Of a DNA stretch of 64,000 nucleotides, positions 30,300 to 38,636 are shown in pieces. The notes beneath the pieces are model-generated. The model saw only the letters and a list, made by a program, of their open reading frames with translations. It did no database searches and had not been told where the DNA came from. Origin of the DNA: Candidatus Binatia bacterium (GTDB lineage Bacteria > Desulfobacterota > Binatia > UBA12015). A program made the position numbers and the translations under genes. How positions within the stretch are numbered: the first letter of the stretch is position 1; each line of letters opens with the position of its first letter. The stretch lies in NCBI GenBank assembly GCA_046327915.1, contig JAXLXO010000026.1:23069-87068 (forward strand). The letters are read 5' to 3'.

Positions 30300-32266
30300 G
30301 CGTGGCTCCACTCGGTCGTGAAGCGGACGCGCTCCATCTCGATCGCGTCCGCGGGACAGCGCATCGCGCACAGGGCGCAGCGGATGCAGCGGTCCTCGTC
30401 CTTCAGGATGGCGGTGATCTCGAGAGCGTCGTCCGCGCACGGCGCACCGTCGTGCGCGAGGCTCGCCGCGAGCACGGCATCGATCTCGGGAGTCGGCTCG
30501 AGGTCGGCGAGACGCGCGAGCTTCAGGCAGGACGTGGGGCAGACGTCGACGCATCCGCCGCACAGCACGCAGCGCGTGCCGTCGAACACCGGCGCGACGC
30601 CGCAATCGAGACAGCGCGACGCTTCGCGCCGTGCGAGCGCCTCGTCGAAGCCGCGCTCGACGGACGTTCCCGGCTCGCCGAGCCGCTCCGCGACCGACCG
30701 CGTCGGGACCTCCTGGCGCGGCACCGACTCGTACTGCTGCTCGCGCCGGTACCGTTCGAGCGGCACGTGCACCTCGACGGCGCGCGGCTGCAGCCGGCTT
30801 CCGGTGACGAACTCGTAGACCGAGCGCGCCGCACGCTTGCCGGACGCGACCGCATCGATGAGCAGCCGCGTGCCGTGCGCGAGATCGCCGGCGACGAACA
30901 CGCCCGGCGCGCTGCTGGCGAGCGTCGCGGCGTCGACCTTCGGCCAGCCGGGGCGGAGCTCCTCGACGTCGCCGCCGCCGTCGGCGAGGAACGACAGGTC
31001 CGGCGCCTGCCCCGCCGCGATCAGCACCGTGTCGCACGGGATCACGTGGCGATCGGCGTCGTCGAAGACCGGCGAGAAGCGGCGCTGCTCGTCGTACACG
31101 CGCAGGCAGCGGCGGACCTCGACCCCGGTCACGCGACCGTCCTCGTCGCGCCGGATCTCGACCGGGCCGAAGCCGCTCCAGCGCTCGATGCCCTCCTCGT
31201 CGCCCTCGACGATCTCGACGGTGTCGGCCGGCATCTCCTCGAGCGTCTCGAGCGACACGAGGTGCACGCGGCGTCCGCCGATCAGGCGTGCCGCCGTGCG
31301 TGCGGCGTCGAGCGCCGCCTGCCGCACGACGGTGCGCGCGACGTCGTAGGCGACGTTGCCGCCACCGATCACGACCGCCTCCCGGCCGAGGTCGAACGGC
31401 TCGTCGAGAGCGACCGCGCGCAGGAGGTCGACGCCACCGTACACGCGGGGACCGCTCTCCCCGGGCAGGCCGAGCGCGCGCGGACGCTTCGCGCCGACGG
31501 CGATGACGACCGCGGCGAAGTCGCGGCGCAGCGCGGCGAACGAGACGTCACGCCCGATCGCGACCCCGGTGCGGATCTCGACCCCGAGGGCCTCGATCAC
31601 CGCGACCTCCTCGCGGATCACCTCGCGCGGCAGGCGGTACGACGGAACGCCGAGCGCCAGCATCCCGGCCGCGATGCGCTCGATCTCGAACACCACCGGA
31701 CGGAAGCCCATCAGCGCGAGGTCGTGCGCCGCCGAAAGACCTGCCGGTCCGGCGCCGACGATCGCCACCGGCGTCCCGTCCACGGGACGGAAGCCGCCGC
31801 GCGCGCACGCACGCACCAGCGCCGCCATCTCTTCGGGTCCGGCGCACACCTTCGGGTCGTGGCCGTGCAGGGCGTCGAGCGTCGCGCGCGCGCCGCGCGC
31901 CTCGGCGCCGAAGCTCTCGCAGGCGAAGCGCTTCAGCGCGCGGATCGCGATCGGCTGATCGGTGCCGAGATACGATCCGTCCGGCGCGATGCGCGGGATG
32001 CGGCCGCGCCGGCAGGCGGCCTCGCACGGCGCACCGCAGATCCGCCCGCAGATCGAGGCGAACGGATTCGGGCCGCGGGCGATGAGATACGCCTCCGCGA
32101 TCCGCCCCTCCGCGATCGCGCGCACGTAGCCGCGCGCGTCGGTGTGCACGGGGCACGCGACCTGACAGGAGATCAGCTGCCGATGGTGGCTCTCGTCGGG
32201 AACGTCGACGTCCAGACGAGGGGTTCCGGGAATGGCGGCCACGGCGTCTGCCAGAGCAACGCTCAT
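30296..32266 (-). CDS. GltD-like NAD(P)H-dependent FAD/Fe-S oxidoreductase with C-terminal 2x[4Fe-4S] ferredoxin domain
   Basis: N-terminal Cys region (CQVACPV, NPFASICGRICGAPCEAAC). Rossmann motifs (VAIVGAGPAGLSAA, VVIGGGNVAYDVA). C-terminal CVLCGGCVDVCP and CIRCALCAMRCP. Confidence 0.85.
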   Translation of the reverse strand: MSVALADAVAAIPGTPRLDVDVPDESHHRQLISCQVACPVHTDARGYVRAIAEGRIAEAYLIARGPNPFASICGRICGAPCEAACRRGRIPRIAPDGSYLGTDQPIAIRALKRFACESFGAEARGARATLDALHGHDPKVCAGPEEMAALVRACARGGFRPVDGTPVAIVGAGPAGLSAAHDLALMGFRPVVFEIERIAAGMLALGVPSYRLPREVIREEVAVIEALGVEIRTGVAIGRDVSFAALRRDFAAVVIAVGAKRPRALGLPGESGPRVYGGVDLLRAVALDEPFDLGREAVVIGGGNVAYDVARTVVRQAALDAARTAARLIGGRRVHLVSLETLEEMPADTVEIVEGDEEGIERWSGFGPVEIRRDEDGRVTGVEVRRCLRVYDEQRRFSPVFDDADRHVIPCDTVLIAAGQAPDLSFLADGGGDVEELRPGWPKVDAATLASSAPGVFVAGDLAHGTRLLIDAVASGKRAARSVYEFVTGSRLQPRAVEVHVPLERYRREQQYESVPRQEVPTRSVAERLGEPGTSVERGFDEALARREASRCLDCGVAPVFDGTRCVLCGGCVDVCPTSCLKLARLADLEPTPEIDAVLAASLAHDGAPCADDALEITAILKDEDRCIRCALCAMRCPADAIEMERVRFTTEWSHA

Positions 32267-32474
32267 GCCCCGACGAACCGCCGATCATCGCCGCTTATGC
32301 GCCCGATTTGTCGCTTCCAAATAGCGACATTGAGAACCCGGCCGGCTCGCGTTCCCGCGGCTGGGAACTCCGGGCGCCGGGAGTCTGCCCGTCATCTGGA
32401 CCGTCGTCGGCCCGTCAGAGGACGACGCCCGCCGCGTCTTCCTCCCGTCGTGATCGGCGAAGCCGGTGCGGACG

Positions 32475-33758
32475 TCAGTGCCTCGCGTGGCTGCAGATCC
32501 CGGCCCCGCCGAGCGCCGCGAGATAGGCGAGCGGCTGGTCGGGATCGAACGTGCGTCCGTCGAGGAACGCGTCCGCACCCATCACGATCGGTGACGTCGC
32601 CGCGCCGAGCAGCCACGGACCGTCGTGGACGCCCTCGTCCTTCGCGTCGATCAGCGGCACCGGAATCCCGAGCGGGGCCGCGGCCTCGCGGTACACGTCG
32701 CAGCGGTAGACGGCGGCACTCACCGCGGCGAAGTCGACGGGCGACTCGATCTGTCCCCAGCGCAGCATCTGGGTCAGGAACCAGACCGCGTGCGAGCGCC
32801 ACGGAAAGGTCGCGGCACCGCGAAAGAAGGTACCCGCGCGCGACGACGGCTCGTCCCCGGGACGCACGGCACCCGCGAGCGCGCGTTCGATGACCTCGAC
32901 CGGGGCGTCGACGTGGCTCTCGCCGGCGATCACGTGCAGCGTCTCGAGGTGGTTCTCGGGTCGGTCGATCCAGCGCGCGGCGTCGACGATCGCACGCACC
33001 AGCGCGCGATGCGTGTGCGGGTGGCGCTCGGCCCAGGCGCGCGTGACGCCGAGGACCTTCTCCGGCGCGTTGTTCCAGACGTCGTACGAACGCACGACGG
33101 TGTTCCCGCAGCCGAGGTGGGCCGCGTGCGCGCCCCACGGCTCGCCGACGCAGTAGCCGTCGATCGTGCCGTCGGCGAGCGCCGCGACCATGGCGCTCGG
33201 CGGCAGGATGCGGATCTCGACGTCGCGGTCCGGGTCGATGCCGCCGGTCGCGAGCCAGTAGCGGAGCTCGTAGTTGTGCGCCGAGAACGGGTACACCACC
33301 GCGAACACGAGCGGCGGCCGCCCGCGACGGCGCCCCTCCTCGATCACCGCCTGCAGCGCGCGTGCCGGCATGGGGTCCTGCCGCGCCGCCTGCGAATCGG
33401 CCTCGCGCATGCGGCGGTGCAGGTCGGTCGACACCGTGATCGCGTTGCCGTTGAGACCGAGCGACAGCGCGGTCACCATCGGCACCGCGCGTGCGCCCGC
33501 GCCGAGCGTCGCCGCGAGCGTCATCGGCGCGAGCATCTGCGCCGCGTCGAGCAGGCCGGCCTCCAGATTGTCGCGCACGTTCGCCCACGAGCGCTCGCGC
33601 GACAGCGTGACGTCGAGGCCGTGCCTGCGGAAGAAGCCGCGCTCCTTCGCGACGACCAGCGGTGCCGCGTCGAGCAGCGGGACGAAGCCGAGCCGGAGCG
33701 TGCTCTTCTCGAGATCCTCGTCGGCAGCCGCCCAGTCGGCGGATCGGATCGTCAGCAT
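32475..33758 (-). CDS. nasS: Cytoplasmic NrtA-like nitrate/nitrite-binding sensor protein NasS
   Basis: 427 aa with no signal peptide. LRLGFVPLLDAAPLVVAKERGFF binding-protein fold. Lies directly downstream of the ANTAR regulator. Confidence 0.8.
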   Translation of the reverse strand: MLTIRSADWAAADEDLEKSTLRLGFVPLLDAAPLVVAKERGFFRRHGLDVTLSRERSWANVRDNLEAGLLDAAQMLAPMTLAATLGAGARAVPMVTALSLGLNGNAITVSTDLHRRMREADSQAARQDPMPARALQAVIEEGRRRGRPPLVFAVVYPFSAHNYELRYWLATGGIDPDRDVEIRILPPSAMVAALADGTIDGYCVGEPWGAHAAHLGCGNTVVRSYDVWNNAPEKVLGVTRAWAERHPHTHRALVRAIVDAARWIDRPENHLETLHVIAGESHVDAPVEVIERALAGAVRPGDEPSSRAGTFFRGAATFPWRSHAVWFLTQMLRWGQIESPVDFAAVSAAVYRCDVYREAAAPLGIPVPLIDAKDEGVHDGPWLLGAATSPIVMGADAFLDGRTFDPDQPLAYLAALGGAGICSHARH

Positions 33759-33771
33759 GCGCGTGTCCTCT

Positions 33772-34389
33772 TCACAGGAGCGTCGCCATCTCGATGACGT
33801 TGCGCGCCACGTCGGCGAGGCGCTGGCCGCGGCTCATCGCCATCTGCCGCAGCATCCGGTACGCGTCGTCCTCGCTGCAGCCGCGGCGCTGCATCAGGAT
33901 GCCCTTCGCGCGCTCGACGAGCTTGCGCTCCGCGAGCGAGTTGCGCGCCTCGTCGAGCTCGATCCTGAGGCTCTGAAAGGCGCGGAAGCGCGCCAGCGCG
34001 ACCTCGACCACCGGACGAACGCGCTCCGGGCTGGCGCCCTTGACGACGTACGACGCGACGCCGGCCTCGACCGCCGCGCGGATCGACGCGCTGTCGCTCT
34101 CGTCGACGAACATCACGATCGGCCGCGGCTGCTCGAGGAACACGCGGCGCGAGTCCTCGAGGATGTCGCGGTCGGGCGAGTCCATGTCGACGATGATGAC
34201 GTCGGGCTCGAGCTCGCGGACGCAGCGCAGCAGGTCGAAGCTTCCGGACGGCGGCGTCAGCGCGACGTACCCCTCGCGCTCGAGTGCCTCGCGCAGCGCG
34301 TGCGACCGGTCGACGGTGCGGTCGACGATCAGGACGCGGAGGTCTCGCGGCGACGGAGAGGGCGGGACCTTCTGTGTGACCTGGGACAA
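33772..34389 (-). CDS. nasT: Response-regulator/ANTAR antiterminator NasT
   Basis: REC domain (LRVLIVDR...DVIIVDMDSPD) plus ANTAR domain (ERKLVERAKGILMQRRGCSEDDAYRMLRQMAMSRGQRLADVA). TTG 34389 with GGAAGG SD at 6 nt is proposed, but the start is uncertain. Confidence 0.8.
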   Translation of the reverse strand: MSQVTQKVPPSPSPRDLRVLIVDRTVDRSHALREALEREGYVALTPPSGSFDLLRCVRELEPDVIIVDMDSPDRDILEDSRRVFLEQPRPIVMFVDESDSASIRAAVEAGVASYVVKGASPERVRPVVEVALARFRAFQSLRIELDEARNSLAERKLVERAKGILMQRRGCSEDDAYRMLRQMAMSRGQRLADVARNVIEMATLL

Positions 34390-34603
34390 ATGGTGCCTTC
34401 CCGCGACGTCCTGCGACCGGCTCGACGCCAGCGACACCCCGTCCTTTGCAAGGCTTGCGCCACCGGCACGCAGCCGCGAAGCGCCGTCGCCCGAGCGCGC
34501 GGCGCGCGCGCGAGCGCCTCCGAGCCCAAACGGTGAGCACGCGGTGCCTGCTTCTCGCGCGCCGGTTCGCCCGTCCGGAATCGGCGCGCTATACGCGGTC
34601 GCC

Positions 34604-35689
34604 ATGCAGAGCGGGTCGCGGCCGGTGGCAACGGAGGTGCGCGCGCTCGCGCTGCCGGACGTCGCCGCGTGGTCCACGGCGGTGCTCGCGCCGTGGCTGC
34701 TCGGACGCGGCATGCTGCTGCTCGTCGCGTCGAGCGCGGCACGCTACCGCGGCAAGACGTTTCTCGCCGGCTACGCGGTCTGGGACGGCGCCTGGTACGC
34801 GCAGATCGCGCGCGACGGCTACGGCTTCACCTCGGTGCGCGGCGAGATGCCGTGGCCGTTCTTCCCGCTGTTCCCGGCGGTCCTGAACGTCGGCGAGCGG
34901 CTCGGCGTTCCGGCCGCGGCGACCGGATTGATCGTCAATCACCTGGTCCTGCTGCTGGCGATGACCGGCGTGTGGGCGATCACGGCCGCGCACGGCACGC
35001 GCCGCGAGGCGGCTCTGGCGTCGTGGTCGCTGGGGCTCTTCCCGGGCACGGTCGCGCTCACCCTGCTCTATCCCGACGCGCTCTTCCTCGCGTGCGGCGT
35101 GTGGGCCTTCCTCGCGATCGAGCGCGGACGCGACACGACCGCGGCGCTGCTCGGTGCGGTCGCCGCACTCGTCCGGCCGAACGGCGCGGTGCTCGCGGCG
35201 AGCCTCGGCGCCGCCGTCCTGCTCGCGGGCGGGTCCTGGCGGCGCGCGGCGGGCGTGGTCGTGCCGGCCGCCGCCTGCGTCGCCGCGTGGCTCGCCTTCC
35301 TCTGGCTGCGCGCCGGCGACCCGCTCGCCTTCGTGCACGCCAAGGCCGCGTGGCACGAGGTCACGCTGGTGTCGCTGCTCTCGGGCGCCGACTCGCTGCC
35401 GAAGCTCGACGCGGCCCCGCTCGTTCTCGCCGTGCTCGTCATCGGGCTCGCGTGGCGGCGCCTGCCCGCCGGCTGGCTGGTGCTCGCGGCGCTCACGCTG
35501 CTGCCGTCGCTCGGGCTCGGCATCCTCGGCATGCCGCGCTACACCGCCGCCTGCTTCGTGGTCTTCGTCGCGGGCGGCATGGCGCTCGCGCGTCTGCCGC
35601 GCGGCGCCGTCGCCGCGATCCTCGCGGCGTTCGCCTTCGGGCTGCTGTCGCTCGGCGTGCGCGTGCTGCGCTCGGAGCACATGCCGTGA
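34604..35689 (+). CDS. Polytopic membrane glycosyl(mannosyl)transferase-like protein (PIG-V/GT-C-like)
   Basis: 361 aa from ATG 34604. About 9 TM segments. WDGAWYAQIARDGY motif. Confidence 0.6.
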   Translation: MQSGSRPVATEVRALALPDVAAWSTAVLAPWLLGRGMLLLVASSAARYRGKTFLAGYAVWDGAWYAQIARDGYGFTSVRGEMPWPFFPLFPAVLNVGERLGVPAAATGLIVNHLVLLLAMTGVWAITAAHGTRREAALASWSLGLFPGTVALTLLYPDALFLACGVWAFLAIERGRDTTAALLGAVAALVRPNGAVLAASLGAAVLLAGGSWRRAAGVVVPAAACVAAWLAFLWLRAGDPLAFVHAKAAWHEVTLVSLLSGADSLPKLDAAPLVLAVLVIGLAWRRLPAGWLVLAALTLLPSLGLGILGMPRYTAACFVVFVAGGMALARLPRGAVAAILAAFAFGLLSLGVRVLRSEHMP

Positions 35690-36732
35690 CGCAGGAGGGA
35701 CGCGCAGGAGATCCATCCTCGACGCCCGACGCGGACTTCACGGCCTGCGCCGCGCGCTTCGCCGGACGCCGCTGCCTCGTCACCGGCGGGCTCGGCTTCA
35801 TCGGCTCGAACCTCGCGCTGGCGCTCGCGTCGGCGGGCGCGCACGTGAGCGTCGTCGACGCGCTGATCCCGTCGCACGGCGGCAACCCGCACAACATCGC
35901 CGACGCCGCACGGCCGATCGAGCTCGTGGTCAGCGACATCGCGGACGCGACGCGCACGGCACCGCTGCTGCGCGACGTCGACTACGTCTTCAACCTCGCC
36001 GGCCAGATCAGCCACCTCGACTCGATGGAGGACCCGCTCACCGACTTCGACCTGAACGCACGCGCGCACCTCGCGTTCCTCGAGACGCTGCGCGCGGTCG
36101 GCGGCAATCCGGTCGTGGTCTACTCGTCGACGCGCCAGCTCTACGGGCGTCCGCGCTATCTGCCGGTCGACGAGGAGCACCCGGTGCAGGCGGTCGACGT
36201 CAACGGCATCTCGCAGTACGCCGGCGAGCAGTTCCACCTGCTCTACGCGCGCGTGTACGGGCTGCGCGCCTGCTCGCTGCGCCTGACGAACGTCTACGGG
36301 CCGCGCATCCGCATCTCGCCGAGCCGCCAGGGCGTGCTGGGCGTGTTCCTGCGCCGCGTGCTCGACGACCAGGCGATCACGGTCTACGGCGACGGCGCGC
36401 AGGTGCGCGACTTCCTCTACGTCGACGACGTCGTGGAAGCGCTGCTGCGCGCCGCGCTGTGCGAGGCGGCGGTCGGCGCGGTGTTCAACGTCGGACACCA
36501 CGAGACGCTGTCGCTGCGCGAGACCGCGGAGATCATGACGCGCGTCGCCGGCAGCGGACGCGTCGAGCTGGTGCCGTGGCCGCGCGAGCGCGCCGCGATC
36601 GACATCGGCGACTTCGTGAGTGACTTCGGCGCGGCGCGCCGGGTGCTCGGCTGGGAGCCGCGCACCGCATTCGCCGACGGCATGCGGCAGACGATCGACT
36701 TCTTCCGCGCACACCGGGAATGGTACCGATGA
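35686..36732 (+). CDS. Extended-SDR NAD-dependent epimerase/dehydratase homologue with atypical active-site residues
   Basis: GTG start (GTGA overlap). VTGGLGFIGSNL Rossmann motif. VVYSSTRQLYG. The position of the usual YxxxK reads NGISQ (aa 173-177). Confidence 0.85.
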   Translation: MTQEGRAGDPSSTPDADFTACAARFAGRRCLVTGGLGFIGSNLALALASAGAHVSVVDALIPSHGGNPHNIADAARPIELVVSDIADATRTAPLLRDVDYVFNLAGQISHLDSMEDPLTDFDLNARAHLAFLETLRAVGGNPVVVYSSTRQLYGRPRYLPVDEEHPVQAVDVNGISQYAGEQFHLLYARVYGLRACSLRLTNVYGPRIRISPSRQGVLGVFLRRVLDDQAITVYGDGAQVRDFLYVDDVVEALLRAALCEAAVGAVFNVGHHETLSLRETAEIMTRVAGSGRVELVPWPRERAAIDIGDFVSDFGAARRVLGWEPRTAFADGMRQTIDFFRAHREWYR

Positions 36733-36801
36733 CGCCGACGCTCTCGCACGAGTGGTACCGATGACGCCGACGCTCTCGCACGAGTGGTACCGATGACGCC
36801 G
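36721..36801 (+). repeat. 32-bp tandem duplication (2.5 copies) of the epimerase-stop/aminotransferase-start junction
   Basis: TGGTACCGATGACGCCGACGCTCTCGCACGAG at 36721-36752 and 36753-36784, identical. Partial third copy at 36785-36801. Confidence 0.95.
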
Positions 36802-37863
36802 GCCATCCCGATCGTCGATCTCGCACGGCGGCACGCGGCGCACGCGCACGAGTTCGACGCCGCGATCGCGCGCGCGCTGCACTCCGGACGCTGGCTGCTC
36901 GGCCCCGAGGTCGAAGCGCTCGAGGCGGAGCTCGCGGCGTGGTCCGGCTACGCGCACGCGGTCGGCGTCGGCTCGGGCACCGACGCCCTGGTGCTCGCGC
37001 TGCGCGCGGCGGGCATCGGCCCCGGCGACGAGGTGCTGGTGCCCGCGTTCACCGCGGTGCCGACGGTCGCCGCGGTCTGCACCGCTGGCGCGACCCCGGT
37101 GCCGGTGGATGTGGATGCCGCCACCGCGGCGATCGATGCAGACGCGGCGCGCTCCGCGTGCACGCCGCGCACGCGCGCCGTGATCCCGGTGCACCTCTAC
37201 GGACGCCCGTGCGACGTCGAGCCGCTGCGCGCGCTCGGACTCGTCGTCATCGAGGACGCGGCGCAGGCGCACGGTGCGCTCGAGCACGGCAGCAGTCGCG
37301 CGGTCGCGACCAGCTTCTACCCGACCAAGAACCTCGGCGGCATCGGCGACGGCGGCGCCGTCCTCACCGACGACGCGCAGCTCGCCGCGGACATCCGGCT
37401 GCTGCGCCACCACGGCATGCGCGAGCTGTACGTCCACGAGAGGGTCGCCACGAACTCGCGCATGTCGGAGGTCGAGGCGGCGGTGCTGCGCGTCGGGCTC
37501 GCACACCTGCCCGCGTGGAACGAGCGCCGCCGCGACGTCGCGCGACGCTACCGCGAGGCCGCACCGCACCTCGCCTGGCACGCGGATCATCCGCGCCACG
37601 TGCACCACCTGTGCGTGCTGCGCATCGCCGACCGCGCGGCCTTCGCGCGATCGCTTCCCGCGGCGACCGCCGTCCACTACCCGCTCGCGGTCACGCAGCA
37701 GCCGGCCTACCGGCACTTCACGCGCACCGCGTGCCCGCGCGCCGAAGCATGGGCCACCGAGTGCTTGACGCTGCCCTGCTTCCCCGAGCTGCGCGACGAC
37801 GAGGTCGATCGCGTGTGCGAGGCGCTGGCCGCCGTTCCGTCCGATCGCGAGCCCCTGTCGTGA
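36793..37863 (+). CDS. DegT/DnrJ/EryC1/StrS-family PLP-dependent sugar aminotransferase
   Basis: 356 aa. DAAQAHGA motif. SFYPTKNLGGIGDGGAV with the Schiff-base Lys. Confidence 0.85.
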   Translation: MTPAIPIVDLARRHAAHAHEFDAAIARALHSGRWLLGPEVEALEAELAAWSGYAHAVGVGSGTDALVLALRAAGIGPGDEVLVPAFTAVPTVAAVCTAGATPVPVDVDAATAAIDADAARSACTPRTRAVIPVHLYGRPCDVEPLRALGLVVIEDAAQAHGALEHGSSRAVATSFYPTKNLGGIGDGGAVLTDDAQLAADIRLLRHHGMRELYVHERVATNSRMSEVEAAVLRVGLAHLPAWNERRRDVARRYREAAPHLAWHADHPRHVHHLCVLRIADRAAFARSLPAATAVHYPLAVTQQPAYRHFTRTACPRAEAWATECLTLPCFPELRDDEVDRVCEALAAVPSDREPLS

Positions 37864-37898
37864 CCGGGCGCGACCGCTGAGCCGATCGCGAGCGAACG

Positions 37899-38618
37899 AT
37901 GCGGCGTGACGAGTACGAGCGCATCGCGGCCGTCGAGGCCGCGCACTGGTGGTACGCGGCGACGCGCGCGCTGCTCGAGCAGACGCTCGCACCGCTGCTG
38001 CCGCCGGGCGCGCGCGTGCTCGACGCGGGCTGCGGACCGGGCGCCACCGGCAGCTGGCTCGCGCGCCACGGACGCCTCGTCGCGGCCGACGTCGAGCCGC
38101 TGGCGCTGCAGCTGCACCGCGCGCAGGGCCACGAGGCGCTGCTCGCCGCCGCGACGCTCGAGCACCTGCCGTTCGCCGACGCGAGCTTCGACGCGGCGCT
38201 GTGCGTGACCGTGCTCTACCACGAGCAGATCGCCGATCCGCGCGTCGCCGTGCGCGAGCTGGCACGCGTCGTCAAGCCGGGCGGCGTGCTGTGCCTGCTG
38301 GAGCCCGGCGTGCGCCGGCTGCGGCGCGCGCACGACCGGATCACGCACACCGCGCGCCGCTTCGCGCGCGCCGACCTCGCGGCCCTGCTCATCGACGCGG
38401 GGCTTCGTCCGCGGCGCGTGACCGGCGCCTACGCGTTCCTCGTGCCGCCGGCGCTGGTGAAGGCCGCGCTCGAGCGCGAGGAGACCGCGAGCGATCTCGA
38501 CACCGGACAGGGCCTCGCCGGAACGATCCTCGGCGGCGTCGCGGCGCTCGAGCGGCGCTGGCTGCGCACGCACGATCTCCCGGGCGGCCTGTCGATCCTC
38601 GCGCTCGGCGTCAAGTAA
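37899..38618 (+). CDS. Class I SAM-dependent methyltransferase
   Basis: Motif I VLDAGCGPG. VVKPGGVLCLLEP. Confidence 0.8.
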   Translation: MRRDEYERIAAVEAAHWWYAATRALLEQTLAPLLPPGARVLDAGCGPGATGSWLARHGRLVAADVEPLALQLHRAQGHEALLAAATLEHLPFADASFDAALCVTVLYHEQIADPRVAVRELARVVKPGGVLCLLEPGVRRLRRAHDRITHTARRFARADLAALLIDAGLRPRRVTGAYAFLVPPALVKAALEREETASDLDTGQGLAGTILGGVAALERRWLRTHDLPGGLSILALGVK

Positions 38619-38636
38619 CGCGCCGCGCGACCACCC

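Noticed and set aside
32267-32474. Sigma-54 promoter or dual-hexaloop ANTAR target in the nasS/operon spacer
   Set aside because: No GG-N10-GC element with correct spacing was found. The hairpins present have 3-, 7- or 6-nt loops lacking the A1/G4 pattern. It is left as an unresolved leader in the findings.
35539-38265. 908-aa minus-strand ORF across the glycan cassette. Also 58730-60748 (+) opposite the MCP gene and 61334-63022 (-) opposite cheB.
   Set aside because: These are shadow ORFs. The opposite strand encodes proteins with unambiguous motifs (Rossmann fold, PLP Lys, MCP hairpin, CheB catalytic motifs).
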